A DNA stretch of 64,000 nt from an uncultured Alphaproteobacteria bacterium (GTDB lineage: Bacteria > Pseudomonadota > Alphaproteobacteria > RF32 > CAG-239), in NCBI GenBank assembly GCA_944391475.1, contig CALXTR010000006.1:6127-70126 (forward strand). Direction: 5' to 3'. The notes beneath the pieces were generated by a model. That model was given only the letters and a program-made list of their open reading frames with translations. It was not told the origin of the DNA and did no database searches. Position 1 is the stretch's first letter, and every line of letters starts with the position of its first letter. Below, in pieces: positions 19,302-29,862 of this stretch. The position numbers were made by a program, and so were the translations under genes.

Positions 19302-20918
19302 TCATTGCAATTCCTCAATCAAAATTGAAGATGTAAGCAATTGAGGCAAGATTTTATATTGCGATGATTTTCCGTCATAATACACATACAAAGGAATACT
19401 GTTTCGACCATAGCTTTCCAGTGCTTTGGTAATTTGCGGATTCTCATTTGTCCAATCCCCCTTAAAGAGGTGAATATTATTCTTAGTCACAAATTTGGCA
19501 AAATCTGCCGAAGCAAATGCCAAACGCTCATTGGCCAAACAGGTTATACACCATTTAGCCGTAAAATTAAGCAAAACCGGCTTACCTTCGGCAACCAATT
19601 TTTCCACCATTTCTGCATCATATTCCTGCCACATAGCCGCAGCCTTTTCAGCACTATTGTGAGAAGACACTTGATTATAAAGTACCCACCCCAACCACAC
19701 ACAGGTCAAGAATACCGGAACAGCAAAGATTTTTTTCAAAATCTCCATCCAGCGCCCTGGTTTGGGCAACAATTTATGAAGAACTTTCGGAAAAAATCCC
19801 ACCAAAGTAAAGGGGAGGGCATATCCCAATCCCAAAGCTAAGAACACCGGCACATACACATATGCAGACTGACTTAAGGTGTATCCAATTGCAATCCCCA
19901 TAAAAGGAGCTGTACACGGGCTTGCAATCAGCACCGCAAAAAATCCGGTCACAAAAGCCCCAATCCGCTTGTCATTAATTGACAGTCTACCCAATTTATC
20001 TGCCAACGGATTTTTAAGAGTAATTACATCTAAAAACAAAAGGAATACAACCGCAAAGATAAGAAGCATAGCCATCACAAAATATGGATTTTGTAATTGG
20101 AAACCCCAACCGACATATTCTCCTTGAGCCCGTAGGATTGCCATGATAGAAGCAACCATCAAAAACGATAAAATCACACCCAGCATATATAAAAGTGCAT
20201 CAATACGCATTTCTCGATGATTGAACCGCCCCTGAATTAACGAAATTGCTTTCAGTGTTAATATAGGAAATATACAAGGCATAAAATTAAGGATTATTCC
20301 CCCAATAAATGCCAACAACAAAACAAACCACAAAGAAGAGCTTTGTGAGTTGGAGCCATCCGATGTATCTAAATTAGCTCTAAAAGTTTTGTCCGCCAAA
20401 TTCGCAACATACTTAAATTCCTCGGTTGGAAAAATATTCCATTCTGTGACCTCAAAATCCATTGTAGTTTCAAATTTTCCGGGTATACACTCCTCCCGAC
20501 ACGACAACCAAGACACCTCCAAAGGTATTCTAATCTGAGGTTCCGGACGCTCAATCGGCACAATTGTAGCTCGATAATATGCCTCATTATCATAGCCAAA
20601 CTGCACAATTTGATTATTTTCAAACCGTTTTGGAATAGACCACCGCACATTTTTGAGCTGATATCCTTCCGGCAAATCAAACTTAAGCACTGTCGGCCGC
20701 CCAATATCACCTGGGTTATCAGCCAAAATATGCCAACCATTTTTCATAGTAAATTTGACTAAGATATCAAATTCTTGCTGTAGATTAAGTTGCATACTCT
20801 GCGGTACCAACTCAAGTTTAAGTTTATCATTTTCAAAACTATTATGCCAAGCATGGCTCTTGCCTGCAAAGACAAGAGCCATGATTAGGATTAATAAAAA
20901 TCTACAATATTTATTCAT
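19302..20918 (-). CDS. dsbD: thiol:disulfide interchange protein (DsbD/ScsB family)
   Basis: GWH...NPGD.G, C...CIPG, LNFMPCIFP, ASPCTAP, PKPG.WM, thioredoxin WCITC; start moved to MNKYC. Confidence 0.9.
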   Translation of the reverse strand: MNKYCRFLLILIMALVFAGKSHAWHNSFENDKLKLELVPQSMQLNLQQEFDILVKFTMKNGWHILADNPGDIGRPTVLKFDLPEGYQLKNVRWSIPKRFENNQIVQFGYDNEAYYRATIVPIERPEPQIRIPLEVSWLSCREECIPGKFETTMDFEVTEWNIFPTEEFKYVANLADKTFRANLDTSDGSNSQSSSLWFVLLLAFIGGIILNFMPCIFPILTLKAISLIQGRFNHREMRIDALLYMLGVILSFLMVASIMAILRAQGEYVGWGFQLQNPYFVMAMLLIFAVVFLLFLDVITLKNPLADKLGRLSINDKRIGAFVTGFFAVLIASPCTAPFMGIAIGYTLSQSAYVYVPVFLALGLGYALPFTLVGFFPKVLHKLLPKPGRWMEILKKIFAVPVFLTCVWLGWVLYNQVSSHNSAEKAAAMWQEYDAEMVEKLVAEGKPVLLNFTAKWCITCLANERLAFASADFAKFVTKNNIHLFKGDWTNENPQITKALESYGRNSIPLYVYYDGKSSQYKILPQLLTSSILIEELQ

Positions 20919-21657
20919 TGATATCTGATATTCCGGATTTTTTTGAGGCAATAACAAAGTTATAGTAAGCGGCCACCACAATTGTCAATGCCTTAACAAA
21001 GCCCAACACACCAAAGATAATTGCAATTTGCATAAACCACCAAGGCAATATACACATCAATACCAAGGCGAGTAAAGTCTCAAAACCTTGAGCAACTCCG
21101 CCCAAATAAAAAGGAGAATTGTTCAACAACTCATAGTTTTGATTACTTTTGTGAGCCACCACACCATAAGCCAACAAAGCGGCAGCCGAAGACATAAAAG
21201 CAAACAGCAAGAAAGCAGCCGCCACCGCATTTTGAGACGGATTAGCCAAAGCAAAAGCAAAAATCACACCGGCATAGAAGACATAATCGAGCACCGCATC
21301 AAGAAACACACCATAATCGGTAATTTTGGTTTTTCTTGCAATTGCGCCATCTAAACCATCGAACAAACGGTTAACTAAAATTAGAACCAACCCCCACACA
21401 TACATCTGCATAGAGATAAAGTTAATTGCGAGCAGACCAATAAAAAAGCCCAAAATAGATACCACATTTGCCGGCATCCCGATTTTAACCAACTTAGAAG
21501 CAGCAAAATCCATATATTCGCGCATTTTTGCAGATATCACCGCAACAAAGCCCATAGTCTTGTCCGAATATTGCTTCACTTTTTCCAGATTAACTTTTTT
21601 ATTAACCTTATTGAGGATTGGTTTGAATTTAACTTGCATATTAACATGACCTTTCAT
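20911..21657 (-). CDS. CDP-alcohol phosphatidyltransferase family protein (YnjF-like)
   Basis: DGLDGAIAR....DYGVFLDAVLD signature. Confidence 0.88.
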   Translation of the reverse strand: MKGHVNMQVKFKPILNKVNKKVNLEKVKQYSDKTMGFVAVISAKMREYMDFAASKLVKIGMPANVVSILGFFIGLLAINFISMQMYVWGLVLILVNRLFDGLDGAIARKTKITDYGVFLDAVLDYVFYAGVIFAFALANPSQNAVAAAFLLFAFMSSAAALLAYGVVAHKSNQNYELLNNSPFYLGGVAQGFETLLALVLMCILPWWFMQIAIIFGVLGFVKALTIVVAAYYNFVIASKKSGISDINE

Positions 21658-21738
21658 AGTATAAGAACAGATTTATGGAAACTATAAATGAATTTATTTA
21701 ATTTATGGTAAAATTAGCTCATCTGGAGTGTTAATAAT

Positions 21739-22812
21739 ATGAGATTTTTTAAATACATTTCAATATTAGTGGTTATATCTTTAGGCACATACTTGCTATT
21801 TTTTCGCGACAACCCTTATCAAGAAATAAGCGGACGCACTTTTGGTACCTATTACAATATCAAAATCAAAACCGAGCGCAAAAACCGCTTACTTACCAGC
21901 CGCATCAAAGAAGAGCTAGATAAAATCAATACCGAAATGTCAGTATTTGAACCCGGATCTGAAATTAACAACATCAACGAAGCCGGCGCTCACCAAGCCA
22001 TTAACCTCTCAGAGAATATGGCAACCCTAATGCGCAGCGCCGATGAGATATACCGCCTTACCAATGGCAATTTTGACCCCACTGTTGGTCAGTTAGTTGA
22101 TTTGTGGGGATTCGGTGCCGGAAGGCGCTCGGGTGTCCCAACCGATGAACAAATTAAAAACACCCTAAAAAGCACCGGCTTTGATAAACTGACTTTTGCT
22201 AATGATTATAAAATATTACAAAAAGACGATGCCAACATTCTCATTAATCTATCTGCAATCGCCAAAGGCTACGCTGTAGACCGCATTTCCACCATTTTAA
22301 AAAATGGCGGATACAAAGATTACATTGTTGACATTGGCGGAGAAATATATGCATCCGGCAACAGAGGTGAGGGAAGTTCTGGTTGGAATATTGGGGTTGC
22401 TCTACCTCAGCTAGACAGTACAACTGAAGAAAATGCAGCCGTAATCCGCTTGCATAACTTGGCTGTCGCCACTTCAGGAGACTACCGCAACTACTATTAC
22501 AAAAACAACAAACGATATTCTCATACCATATCTCCGCAAACCGGCTATCCGGTAGAACACAATCTTGCCTCAGCCACCGTTTTTGATAAAAACTGCATGC
22601 GAGCCGATGCATTAGCCACCGCTTTCATGGCTATGGGAGAAGAGAAAGGATTAAAATTTGCTAACAAGCATAAAATTCCGGTAATTTTATTCACTCGTAA
22701 CGAATATAACGAAACCCAAATGATTAGCTCCAACGCTGCACAAAAATTATTGGATAAATACCAGATTTTGCCAGAAGCAACCGATAATTCCGAAACAAAG
22801 GAGAAACAATAA
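21739..22812 (+). CDS. apbE: FAD:protein FMN transferase
   Basis: FDPTVG.LV.LWGFG, AIAKGYAVD, GGE, ATSGDYRNY, ADALAT. Confidence 0.95.
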   Translation: MRFFKYISILVVISLGTYLLFFRDNPYQEISGRTFGTYYNIKIKTERKNRLLTSRIKEELDKINTEMSVFEPGSEINNINEAGAHQAINLSENMATLMRSADEIYRLTNGNFDPTVGQLVDLWGFGAGRRSGVPTDEQIKNTLKSTGFDKLTFANDYKILQKDDANILINLSAIAKGYAVDRISTILKNGGYKDYIVDIGGEIYASGNRGEGSSGWNIGVALPQLDSTTEENAAVIRLHNLAVATSGDYRNYYYKNNKRYSHTISPQTGYPVEHNLASATVFDKNCMRADALATAFMAMGEEKGLKFANKHKIPVILFTRNEYNETQMISSNAAQKLLDKYQILPEATDNSETKEKQ

Positions 22813-23226
22813 GTGGCAACAATCCGACATTCAGCCGAAATCATCAAAATCGGCACTAACGAATTATGGGTAAGATTGTGCCGCGAAAGCGCTTGTGGTA
22901 ACTGTCCGGCTCACAACAATTGTTCTATAAAAAGCGGACGGGCTCATACTTATAAATTGCCTCATGCTAAAGCAAACACTTTTAGGCTAGGACAACAAAT
23001 AGAACTAGAAATCACACCCAAAGATGGTTTTAACGCCATCTTTTGGGCTTATTTATTACCGCTTGTCCTGATGTTATCCACACTAGTTTTGAGTACACTA
23101 ATCAGCGGCGATGAGATAACAGGCGGAATTTCCAGTATTATTATTTTAGTTCCTTATTATATAGGATTGTTTTTGAACCAAAAATATTTTCAGCAAAAAT
23201 TTAACTTTAAAATTATAGAAAAATAG
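22813..23226 (+). CDS. rseC: RseC/MucC (SoxR-reducing system) family protein
   Basis: SACGNC....C motif, AYLLPL, two C-terminal TM; GTG start. Confidence 0.85.
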   Translation: MATIRHSAEIIKIGTNELWVRLCRESACGNCPAHNNCSIKSGRAHTYKLPHAKANTFRLGQQIELEITPKDGFNAIFWAYLLPLVLMLSTLVLSTLISGDEITGGISSIIILVPYYIGLFLNQKYFQQKFNFKIIEK

Positions 23227-23262
23227 CACAAAATTAGGAAAAAATCAGCAAATACGGAATTT

Positions 23263-24111
23263 ATGATGGATAATCTTATACTGATAAATATTATCACTTT
23301 GGTCAGCATTGCCTTAATCGCAGCTGCGGTATTATACTTTGTATCCCAAAAATTCAAAGTAACCGAAAATCCGCTTATTAATGAGGTTGCAGCTTGCTTG
23401 CCTCAAGCAAATTGCGGTGCCTGCGGAAAAGCTGGATGTCAAGACTTTGCAAGAGCCTGCGTTAAAGCCAACGAAGAAGAATTCAAACAACTATATTGCC
23501 CGGTCGGAGGCAATGCGGTCATGAGCAAAGTTGCTGCCACCCTTGGTTATGAAAGCACCAACAAAGAAAAAAACATCGCCGTTTTGCGCTGCCAAGGTAG
23601 CTGCCAAAATGCTCCAGATAAGGTCGAATATACCGGAATAGCCTTTTGCCGCATTGCCAATAAGATATCAAGCGGAAGAAGCGGCTGCCCCGATGGTTGC
23701 CTAAGATTAGGAGATTGTGTCCGAGCTTGCCCTTTTGGCGCTTTGAGTATGGACAAACAAACAGGTCTTCCGGTTGTTGATGAAAGCAAATGTACCTCTT
23801 GCGGAACTTGTGTTGCCATTTGCCCCCGAGGCCTATACGAAATACGCCCACAAGGAGCAGACAAAGGACGAGTTTATGTTGCATGTAATAACAAGCAAAA
23901 AGGGGCCATTGCCCGCAAAAACTGCCAAACAGCTTGCATTGCCTGCCAAAAATGCGCCAAAATCTGCCCCGAGATTAAAATAGAAAACAATTTATCTTAC
24001 ATTCCTACCAGTGTACCTGCCGAACAATATGGTGCTGAGCTTGCCCGTTCTTGCCCCACCAAAGCCATAGTTTATACCGGCACCCCAAAAGAGGAGGTCA
24101 AACATGACTAA
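23263..24111 (+). CDS. rnfB: Rnf complex subunit B
   Basis: N-terminal TM, LPQANCGACG..GC, CPVGG, several CxxCxxCxxxCP clusters. Confidence 0.93.
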   Translation: MMDNLILINIITLVSIALIAAAVLYFVSQKFKVTENPLINEVAACLPQANCGACGKAGCQDFARACVKANEEEFKQLYCPVGGNAVMSKVAATLGYESTNKEKNIAVLRCQGSCQNAPDKVEYTGIAFCRIANKISSGRSGCPDGCLRLGDCVRACPFGALSMDKQTGLPVVDESKCTSCGTCVAICPRGLYEIRPQGADKGRVYVACNNKQKGAIARKNCQTACIACQKCAKICPEIKIENNLSYIPTSVPAEQYGAELARSCPTKAIVYTGTPKEEVKHD

Positions 24112-25429
24112 AACTTTTCCAATTGGCGGCATCCACCCCGATAAACACAAAATCGCCGGAGATATCGCCATTAGTTCACCAGGACTTCCCGAAATTGTTT
24201 ATATTCCGATAAAACAACACATCGGAGCTCCAGCCAAAATTATGGTTAATAAAGGAGATAAAGTAAAGGTCGGCAGCTTATTGGCCGCCGCAGATGGAGT
24301 AGTATCTGCCCCCATTCATTCCTCTGTCTCTGGAGAAGTTATTAAAGTTGAAGACATAATCGGCGAATTTGGCTACTACGAACCCATGATAGCCATCAAA
24401 GTGGAAGGAGATGTCTGGGAAGACTGCATTGACCGCAGTGATGAAATTGTAAGAGAAATTCCCGATGATTGCGAAGAGATCATTGCCAAAATTCGCTCAG
24501 CGGGCATTGTCGGCATGGGCGGGGCAGGGTATCCAACTCCAATCAAAACCACCATACCGGAGGGCAAAAAAGTCGACTGCCTAATATTAAACGGTATTGA
24601 ATGTGAGCCGTTCCTTGCTGCCGATGATCGACTGATGCAAGAAAAAGGCGAACAAATCATCATTGGCGCCAAAATATTAAACAAACTGCTAGGCATTCAA
24701 AAAGCCATTATCGCCATCGACGAAAACAAACCCAAAGCAATTGAAATAATTACCAAATTAACCAAGAGATACGTTGGTGTTAATGTTAGAGTTTGTGAGA
24801 GCAAATACCCTCAAGGCGGAGAAAAACAACTAATTGCAGCCATTACAGGACGCGAAGTTCCCTCTGGCAAATTACCGATTGATGTTGGCTGCATTGTCCA
24901 AAATGTAGGTACGGTATTTGCCATTTATGAAGCCGTCATGAAAAACAAGCCTCTCTTTGAGCGAGTTGTTACAATAAGCGGCGATAGCATTGAAAAATCG
25001 GCCAATTTCATGACCAGAGTAGGGACGCCGGCCTCTTTTCTGATTGAAAAATGCGGCCAGATTTCCGACAACTTAGGACAAATTGTCTTTGGCGGCCCCA
25101 TGATGGGAACCTCAGCAGTTAATCCCGATGCTCCCATCACCAAATTAACCTCAGGAATTTTACTTCTTTCTTGCGCACTTTCAGACAAACAACCGGAAAC
25201 ACCTTGTATCCGCTGTGGAAAATGCTTAGATGCATGCCCCATGGGACTGCAACCCAACGCCATTGCACGCGCAGTTAGAAGCCACAATCTTGATGCTCTG
25301 CAAGAACTTCATGTTTTAGATTGTATTGAGTGCGGATCTTGCGCTTACACTTGTCCAGCCAGATTACCTCTGCTAGACTGCTGCAAACTAGCCAAGATGG
25401 AATTGCGACAACACCAAACCAAAAAATAA
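24104..25429 (+). CDS. rnfC: Rnf complex subunit C
   Basis: GGIHP, QHIGAP, AGIVGMGGAG.PT, ECEP, YPQGGEKQ, CIRCG.C...CP, CIECGSC. Confidence 0.96.
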   Translation: MTKTFPIGGIHPDKHKIAGDIAISSPGLPEIVYIPIKQHIGAPAKIMVNKGDKVKVGSLLAAADGVVSAPIHSSVSGEVIKVEDIIGEFGYYEPMIAIKVEGDVWEDCIDRSDEIVREIPDDCEEIIAKIRSAGIVGMGGAGYPTPIKTTIPEGKKVDCLILNGIECEPFLAADDRLMQEKGEQIIIGAKILNKLLGIQKAIIAIDENKPKAIEIITKLTKRYVGVNVRVCESKYPQGGEKQLIAAITGREVPSGKLPIDVGCIVQNVGTVFAIYEAVMKNKPLFERVVTISGDSIEKSANFMTRVGTPASFLIEKCGQISDNLGQIVFGGPMMGTSAVNPDAPITKLTSGILLLSCALSDKQPETPCIRCGKCLDACPMGLQPNAIARAVRSHNLDALQELHVLDCIECGSCAYTCPARLPLLDCCKLAKMELRQHQTKK

Positions 25430-25443
25430 ACACGGAAAAGACT

Positions 25444-26445
25444 ATGCTAAAAATATCCTCTGCTCCCCATATGAGCTCACCGATAAACACTTCAACCATC
25501 ATGCGTGATGTTATCATTGCCCTAGTACCGGCCGCTATTGTCTCCATACTATTTTTCGGCTTAGGCGCACTGACCGTAATTATCAGTTCGGTTGCAGCTT
25601 GCATGCTGTGCGAATATGCTATCTGCCGTTGGCTGCTCCACAAAAAAAGCACTCTACGCGACTATTCTGCTGTAGTTACAGGACTTTTATTGGCATATAA
25701 CCTTCCGGCTTGGTTTCCGATTTGGATGATACTGGTAGGGGCTTTTGTTGCAATCGGTATTAGTAAAATGGCATTTGGGGGCTTAGGCAAAAACATCTTC
25801 AACCCCGCGCTGATAGGTAGGGTGTTTTTATTTGTATCCTTCCCTTTACAAATGACCACCTGGCCCAAACCTAAGTTTTTAGACTTTTTATATACAGACG
25901 CCCAAACCGGAGCAACAACTTTAGGAATTATCAAACACATAGATGTTAAAAATTCAACTGAAGCATTAACACAATACAGCACCTCGATTTCCGAACTCCC
26001 CAGCTATGGGCAAATGTTTATCGGCTACACCGGTGGCTGCATTGGCGAAGTTTCTGCTTTAGCCTTACTCTTAGGCTTTGGTTACTTGCTATGGAGAAAA
26101 GTTATCAGTTGGCACATTCCGTTTTATTATATCGCCACCGTATTCATTTTTACCTCAATACTTTGGCTCACCACCAAATCTCCGATTTATGATCCGATAA
26201 TGCACTTACTCTCCGGAGGACTGATGCTTGGTGCAATTTTCATGGCCACGGATTATGTCACTTCACCAATGAGCACTAATGGTAAAATTATTTTTGCCAT
26301 CGGCTGCGGTTTGCTAACAGTCATCATCAGACTCTATGGAGCCTATCCGGAAGGCGTATCATTTGCCATTCTGATTATGAATGCATTTGTACCACTGATT
26401 GACCGCTTTGCTGCCCCGCGTGTATTTGGAACCGGGAGAAAATAG
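25444..26445 (+). CDS. rnfD: Rnf complex subunit D
   Basis: SAPH, FGGLG.NIFNPA, flavinylation motif TGAT, FMATD..TSP, PEGVSFAIL; start moved to ATG 25444. Confidence 0.95.
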   Translation: MLKISSAPHMSSPINTSTIMRDVIIALVPAAIVSILFFGLGALTVIISSVAACMLCEYAICRWLLHKKSTLRDYSAVVTGLLLAYNLPAWFPIWMILVGAFVAIGISKMAFGGLGKNIFNPALIGRVFLFVSFPLQMTTWPKPKFLDFLYTDAQTGATTLGIIKHIDVKNSTEALTQYSTSISELPSYGQMFIGYTGGCIGEVSALALLLGFGYLLWRKVISWHIPFYYIATVFIFTSILWLTTKSPIYDPIMHLLSGGLMLGAIFMATDYVTSPMSTNGKIIFAIGCGLLTVIIRLYGAYPEGVSFAILIMNAFVPLIDRFAAPRVFGTGRK

Positions 26446-27048
26446 ATGAAAAATAACGCCCCAAAAGTTTTAGCTTCAACACTAGGCAATATGATAATTG
26501 CCATGGTCACCGTGGCTGCTTTTTCAGGAGCCATCTTGGGCTTTAGTTACAAAATAACCAAAACCCCAATTGAAGAGGCTAAAAATGCCCGCAAATCCGC
26601 CGCCGTGTTAGATGTTGTGCCCGGAGAGTTCGATAACGATCCTTTTAAGGACCGCATTGAACTAACAAAAAGCGGCATAGAGCTTTATCCTGCACGCCAA
26701 GGCAACAAAATTACATCCATTGCCGTAAAAACATATAGCAACGACGGTTTTAGCGGTCGCATTGAGTTAATAGTAGGCTTTTTGTTAGATGGTACGATTA
26801 CCGGCTATAAGGTAATTGAACAAAAAGAAACCCCCGGACTTGGAACTAAGGTTACCGAAAGCAAATTTGCCAATCAATTTAAGGGAATGAACCCCAAACA
26901 TAGCAATTTTAAGGTCAAACAAGATGGAGGTGAGATAGATGCGGTCACATCAGCCACTATCAGCTCACGTGCCATTATTGATGCAATCAAACGCGGCTAC
27001 AAAAATTATACTCGTTTTAGTACCATGACGGACGACGAGGAGGAATAA
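26446..27048 (+). CDS. rnfG: Rnf complex subunit G
   Basis: N-terminal TM, ETPGLG, DAVTSATISS FMN-binding motif. Confidence 0.95.
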   Translation: MKNNAPKVLASTLGNMIIAMVTVAAFSGAILGFSYKITKTPIEEAKNARKSAAVLDVVPGEFDNDPFKDRIELTKSGIELYPARQGNKITSIAVKTYSNDGFSGRIELIVGFLLDGTITGYKVIEQKETPGLGTKVTESKFANQFKGMNPKHSNFKVKQDGGEIDAVTSATISSRAIIDAIKRGYKNYTRFSTMTDDEEE

Positions 27049-27052
27049 TAAC

Positions 27053-27652
27053 ATGGAAAAGCAGAGCCTAAACAATCTTACCCGAGGAATACTTAAGGAA
27101 AATCCGACATTTGTTATGCTGTTGGGAATGTGTCCGACATTAGGTGTAACCACATCCGCAGCCAATGGCTTGGGTATGGGACTAGCAACATTATTTGTAT
27201 TAATGCTATCAAACTTAGCCATATCAACGGTTAAGAACCTCATTCCCGATATGGTCCGCATCCCATGCTACATCGTGATTATTGCTTCTTTTGTAACCGT
27301 TGTCGAGCTTTTGATGGCAGCATATTTACCTGGCTTACACGCAAAATTAGGCATCTTCATTCCATTGATTGTCGTCAACTGCATCATTCTAGGAAGAGCC
27401 GAAGCTTTCGCGTCTAAAAACAATATCATACAATCTCTTTTTGATGCAATAGGTATGGGCATAGGTTTCACCCTGGGACTAACCAGTTTGGGTATTGTCC
27501 GCGAAATTTTAGGCAGTGGCTCACTCTTTGGTTGGAACTTTGTCGGCGAGGGAGCAGATACGATGTTATTGTTCATCATGCCGCCCGGAGCATTTCTGGC
27601 TTTAGCCGGACTTATTATAATTTTTAACAAAATTAGCGGAGTTGCCAAATGA
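27053..27652 (+). CDS. rnfE: Rnf complex subunit E
   Basis: NP..V..LGMCPTL, IPLIVVNC.ILGRAE, PPGAF. Confidence 0.95.
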   Translation: MEKQSLNNLTRGILKENPTFVMLLGMCPTLGVTTSAANGLGMGLATLFVLMLSNLAISTVKNLIPDMVRIPCYIVIIASFVTVVELLMAAYLPGLHAKLGIFIPLIVVNCIILGRAEAFASKNNIIQSLFDAIGMGIGFTLGLTSLGIVREILGSGSLFGWNFVGEGADTMLLFIMPPGAFLALAGLIIIFNKISGVAK

Positions 27653-28224
27653 GTTACTTAATGATATTTATTGCCGCCATCTTTGTTAACAACATTGTTC
27701 TATCGCAATTTTTAGGCATATGCCCATTTTTGGGAGTGTCCAAAAAAATGAGCACTGCCGCAGGTATGGGAGTTGCCGTTATGTTCGTAATGACACTCTC
27801 TACCATCACCACATATTTGGCATATCACTTATTGCTCATACCGTATCACCTAGAATTTATGATCACGGTTGTCTTCATCTTAATTATCGCTTCGCTAGTG
27901 CAAATGGTTGAAATTATGTTAAAAAAGGTTTCGCCTGAATTGTACCAAGCATTAGGAATATTTTTACCGCTCATCACCACCAACTGCGCAGTTTTAGGTA
28001 TTGCAATTTTGGCTGCTCAAAAAGATTATAACCTCATAAATTCCGTATGCTTTGCATTAGCAAATGCCATGGGGTTCACCTTAGCCATTATCTTATTTGC
28101 AGGCTTAAGAGAGCGTTTAGATAATTCAGCAATTCCCAATGCCGTCAAAGGCGCTCCAATAGCGCTTATAACAGCCGGATTATTATCTATGGCGTTCATG
28201 GGATTTACAGGTATCGGGCACTAA
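27649..28224 (+). CDS. rnfA: Rnf complex subunit A
   Basis: NN.VL.QFLGICPFLGVS, LPLITTNCAVLG, AFMGF. Confidence 0.95.
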   Translation: MSYLMIFIAAIFVNNIVLSQFLGICPFLGVSKKMSTAAGMGVAVMFVMTLSTITTYLAYHLLLIPYHLEFMITVVFILIIASLVQMVEIMLKKVSPELYQALGIFLPLITTNCAVLGIAILAAQKDYNLINSVCFALANAMGFTLAIILFAGLRERLDNSAIPNAVKGAPIALITAGLLSMAFMGFTGIGH

Positions 28225-28243
28225 TGAAATAGGTTACCCCAAC

Positions 28244-28275
28244 AAAAAAAGCAGGAGTTTTTCTCCTGCTTTTTT
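28244..28275. terminator. bidirectional terminator after the rnf operon
   Basis: aaaaaaagcaggag-ttttt-ctcctgctttttt. Confidence 0.8.
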
Positions 28276-28285
28276 GTGTGTAAGA

Positions 28286-28921
28286 TCAGCACAGCTCCCG
28301 AAGACGCTCAACAATTTTTTCAAACATTTCAAAGGTTAAAACACCAGTATTAATGTTATACCTTGACGTATGATAAGAATTTAGCATCAAAAGATTATGC
28401 TTGTCTAAGTGGTGCAAAGCTCCATGTGCAAATTTGAAAGCAGACTTTTTATACCCCAGTACGCCCAAAAGCGCATTATGCGCAACACTACCCAAAGTAA
28501 GAACTACTTTCAGATTATGCATATGATTAAGTTCATCAATCAAATATGCGCCGCAATTTTTCACTTCTTCACCGGTAACTTTATTTTGCGGAGGCACACA
28601 ACGCACCGAATTGGTTACCCTCACATCAATTAACTCAAAACCATCATCTTTGCGTTTTTGATAATTTCCTTTAGCAAAACCATATTTCTTCAAAATAGGA
28701 TAGAGGACATCACCGGCATAATCATTAGTAAACGGCCGAGCCGTTTGATTAGCGCCATTAAGCCCTGGAGCCAAACCCAAAATAAGAATTTTGGCATTAA
28801 TATCGCCAAAAGAAGGAACCGGCCCATTATAATAGGTTGGAAATTTTTTTTCATTTCCTTTTCTAAATTCGAGTAATCGTTGACATTTATTACAGTTTTT
28901 ATCAGGACAAACAAAAGACAT
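28286..28921 (-). CDS. uracil-DNA glycosylase, family 5 (UdgB-like)
   Basis: C..C.RL Fe-S motif, GLAPG..GAN.T.RPF, RC.PP.NK, SYH.S.YN..TG; ATG 28921 follows GGAGGT. Confidence 0.9.
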   Translation of the reverse strand: MSFVCPDKNCNKCQRLLEFRKGNEKKFPTYYNGPVPSFGDINAKILILGLAPGLNGANQTARPFTNDYAGDVLYPILKKYGFAKGNYQKRKDDGFELIDVRVTNSVRCVPPQNKVTGEEVKNCGAYLIDELNHMHNLKVVLTLGSVAHNALLGVLGYKKSAFKFAHGALHHLDKHNLLMLNSYHTSRYNINTGVLTFEMFEKIVERLRELC

Positions 28922-29157
28922 CTGCCACACCTCCAATTTTCATTACATTATCATAAAAAAAATAATAAGCACCCTTTAAATCCATTTTTCCAGTATTAAA
29001 TCAAGTTCAACCAATGAGCAATTGGGTAAAATCTTGTTGAGTAAATAAAGCAATTTACAAAGATTACATGATTTTCAAGTTTCTCATTGTTCGTACTAAG
29101 GAAAGCCCCAAAGGGCATATTAAATAAGATTAAACCTATTTAAATGGAGTTTAAAAA

Positions 29158-29715
29158 ATGAAAAAAACATTATTGTTAGCAGGAGTTGCTTGCCTGTTTT
29201 CATTTGGCGCTAACGCAGAAGACTACAAACCTTATGTTGGATTGGATTATGTATTTTCCAACGCTAACATAAAAAAAGAATATAACGTCAAAAAAGACTA
29301 CAATTCTGGTGTTATCAATGCCGGTATGAAAGTAGGCGATTACATGGGTTTGGAAGCTTTCTTCCAACAATCAATGGAAGAAAAGAAAAACATTAGCGAC
29401 ACCCAAAATACAAAATCAAAATTCCACGCTTATGGTATTGATTTGTATGGATATATGCCGATTCCGGAATGCAACGACACCTTCAATTTGTTAGGTTCTA
29501 TCGGTCTTGCCAACTACAACATGGAAACCAAATTCAATGGTATTGAACGCGGTAAATATGACAAAGATAGAATGGGTTACCGTGTTGGTCTCGGTGCTCA
29601 ATATAACTTTGATGAACACTGGGGTGCTCGTATCATGGGCCGTTACACCTACCTTGGTGCTAAAGCTTTGAAAGACTTGAAAGAAGTAACTGCAGGTATT
29701 AGATATACCTTCTAA
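29158..29715 (+). CDS. small outer-membrane beta-barrel protein (OmpA-like transmembrane domain)
   Basis: Signal peptide, amphipathic strands, C-terminal GIRYTF. Confidence 0.85.
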   Translation: MKKTLLLAGVACLFSFGANAEDYKPYVGLDYVFSNANIKKEYNVKKDYNSGVINAGMKVGDYMGLEAFFQQSMEEKKNISDTQNTKSKFHAYGIDLYGYMPIPECNDTFNLLGSIGLANYNMETKFNGIERGKYDKDRMGYRVGLGAQYNFDEHWGARIMGRYTYLGAKALKDLKEVTAGIRYTF

Positions 29716-29740
29716 AATAAATACACCGTCCCTCTAACTG

Positions 29741-29770
29741 AACTCCCGAAGCAATTCGGGAGTTTTTTTT
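29741..29770 (+). terminator. intrinsic terminator
   Basis: aactcccgaa-gcaa-ttcgggagtttttttt. Confidence 0.85.
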
Positions 29771-29862
29771 GCAAACAATCCACAGGGCAGGGATAAAGTT
29801 GACGAAACCCAATATAATGTATAATAATCATCACAAGCACTGTAATTTTTAGGAAAAAAATA

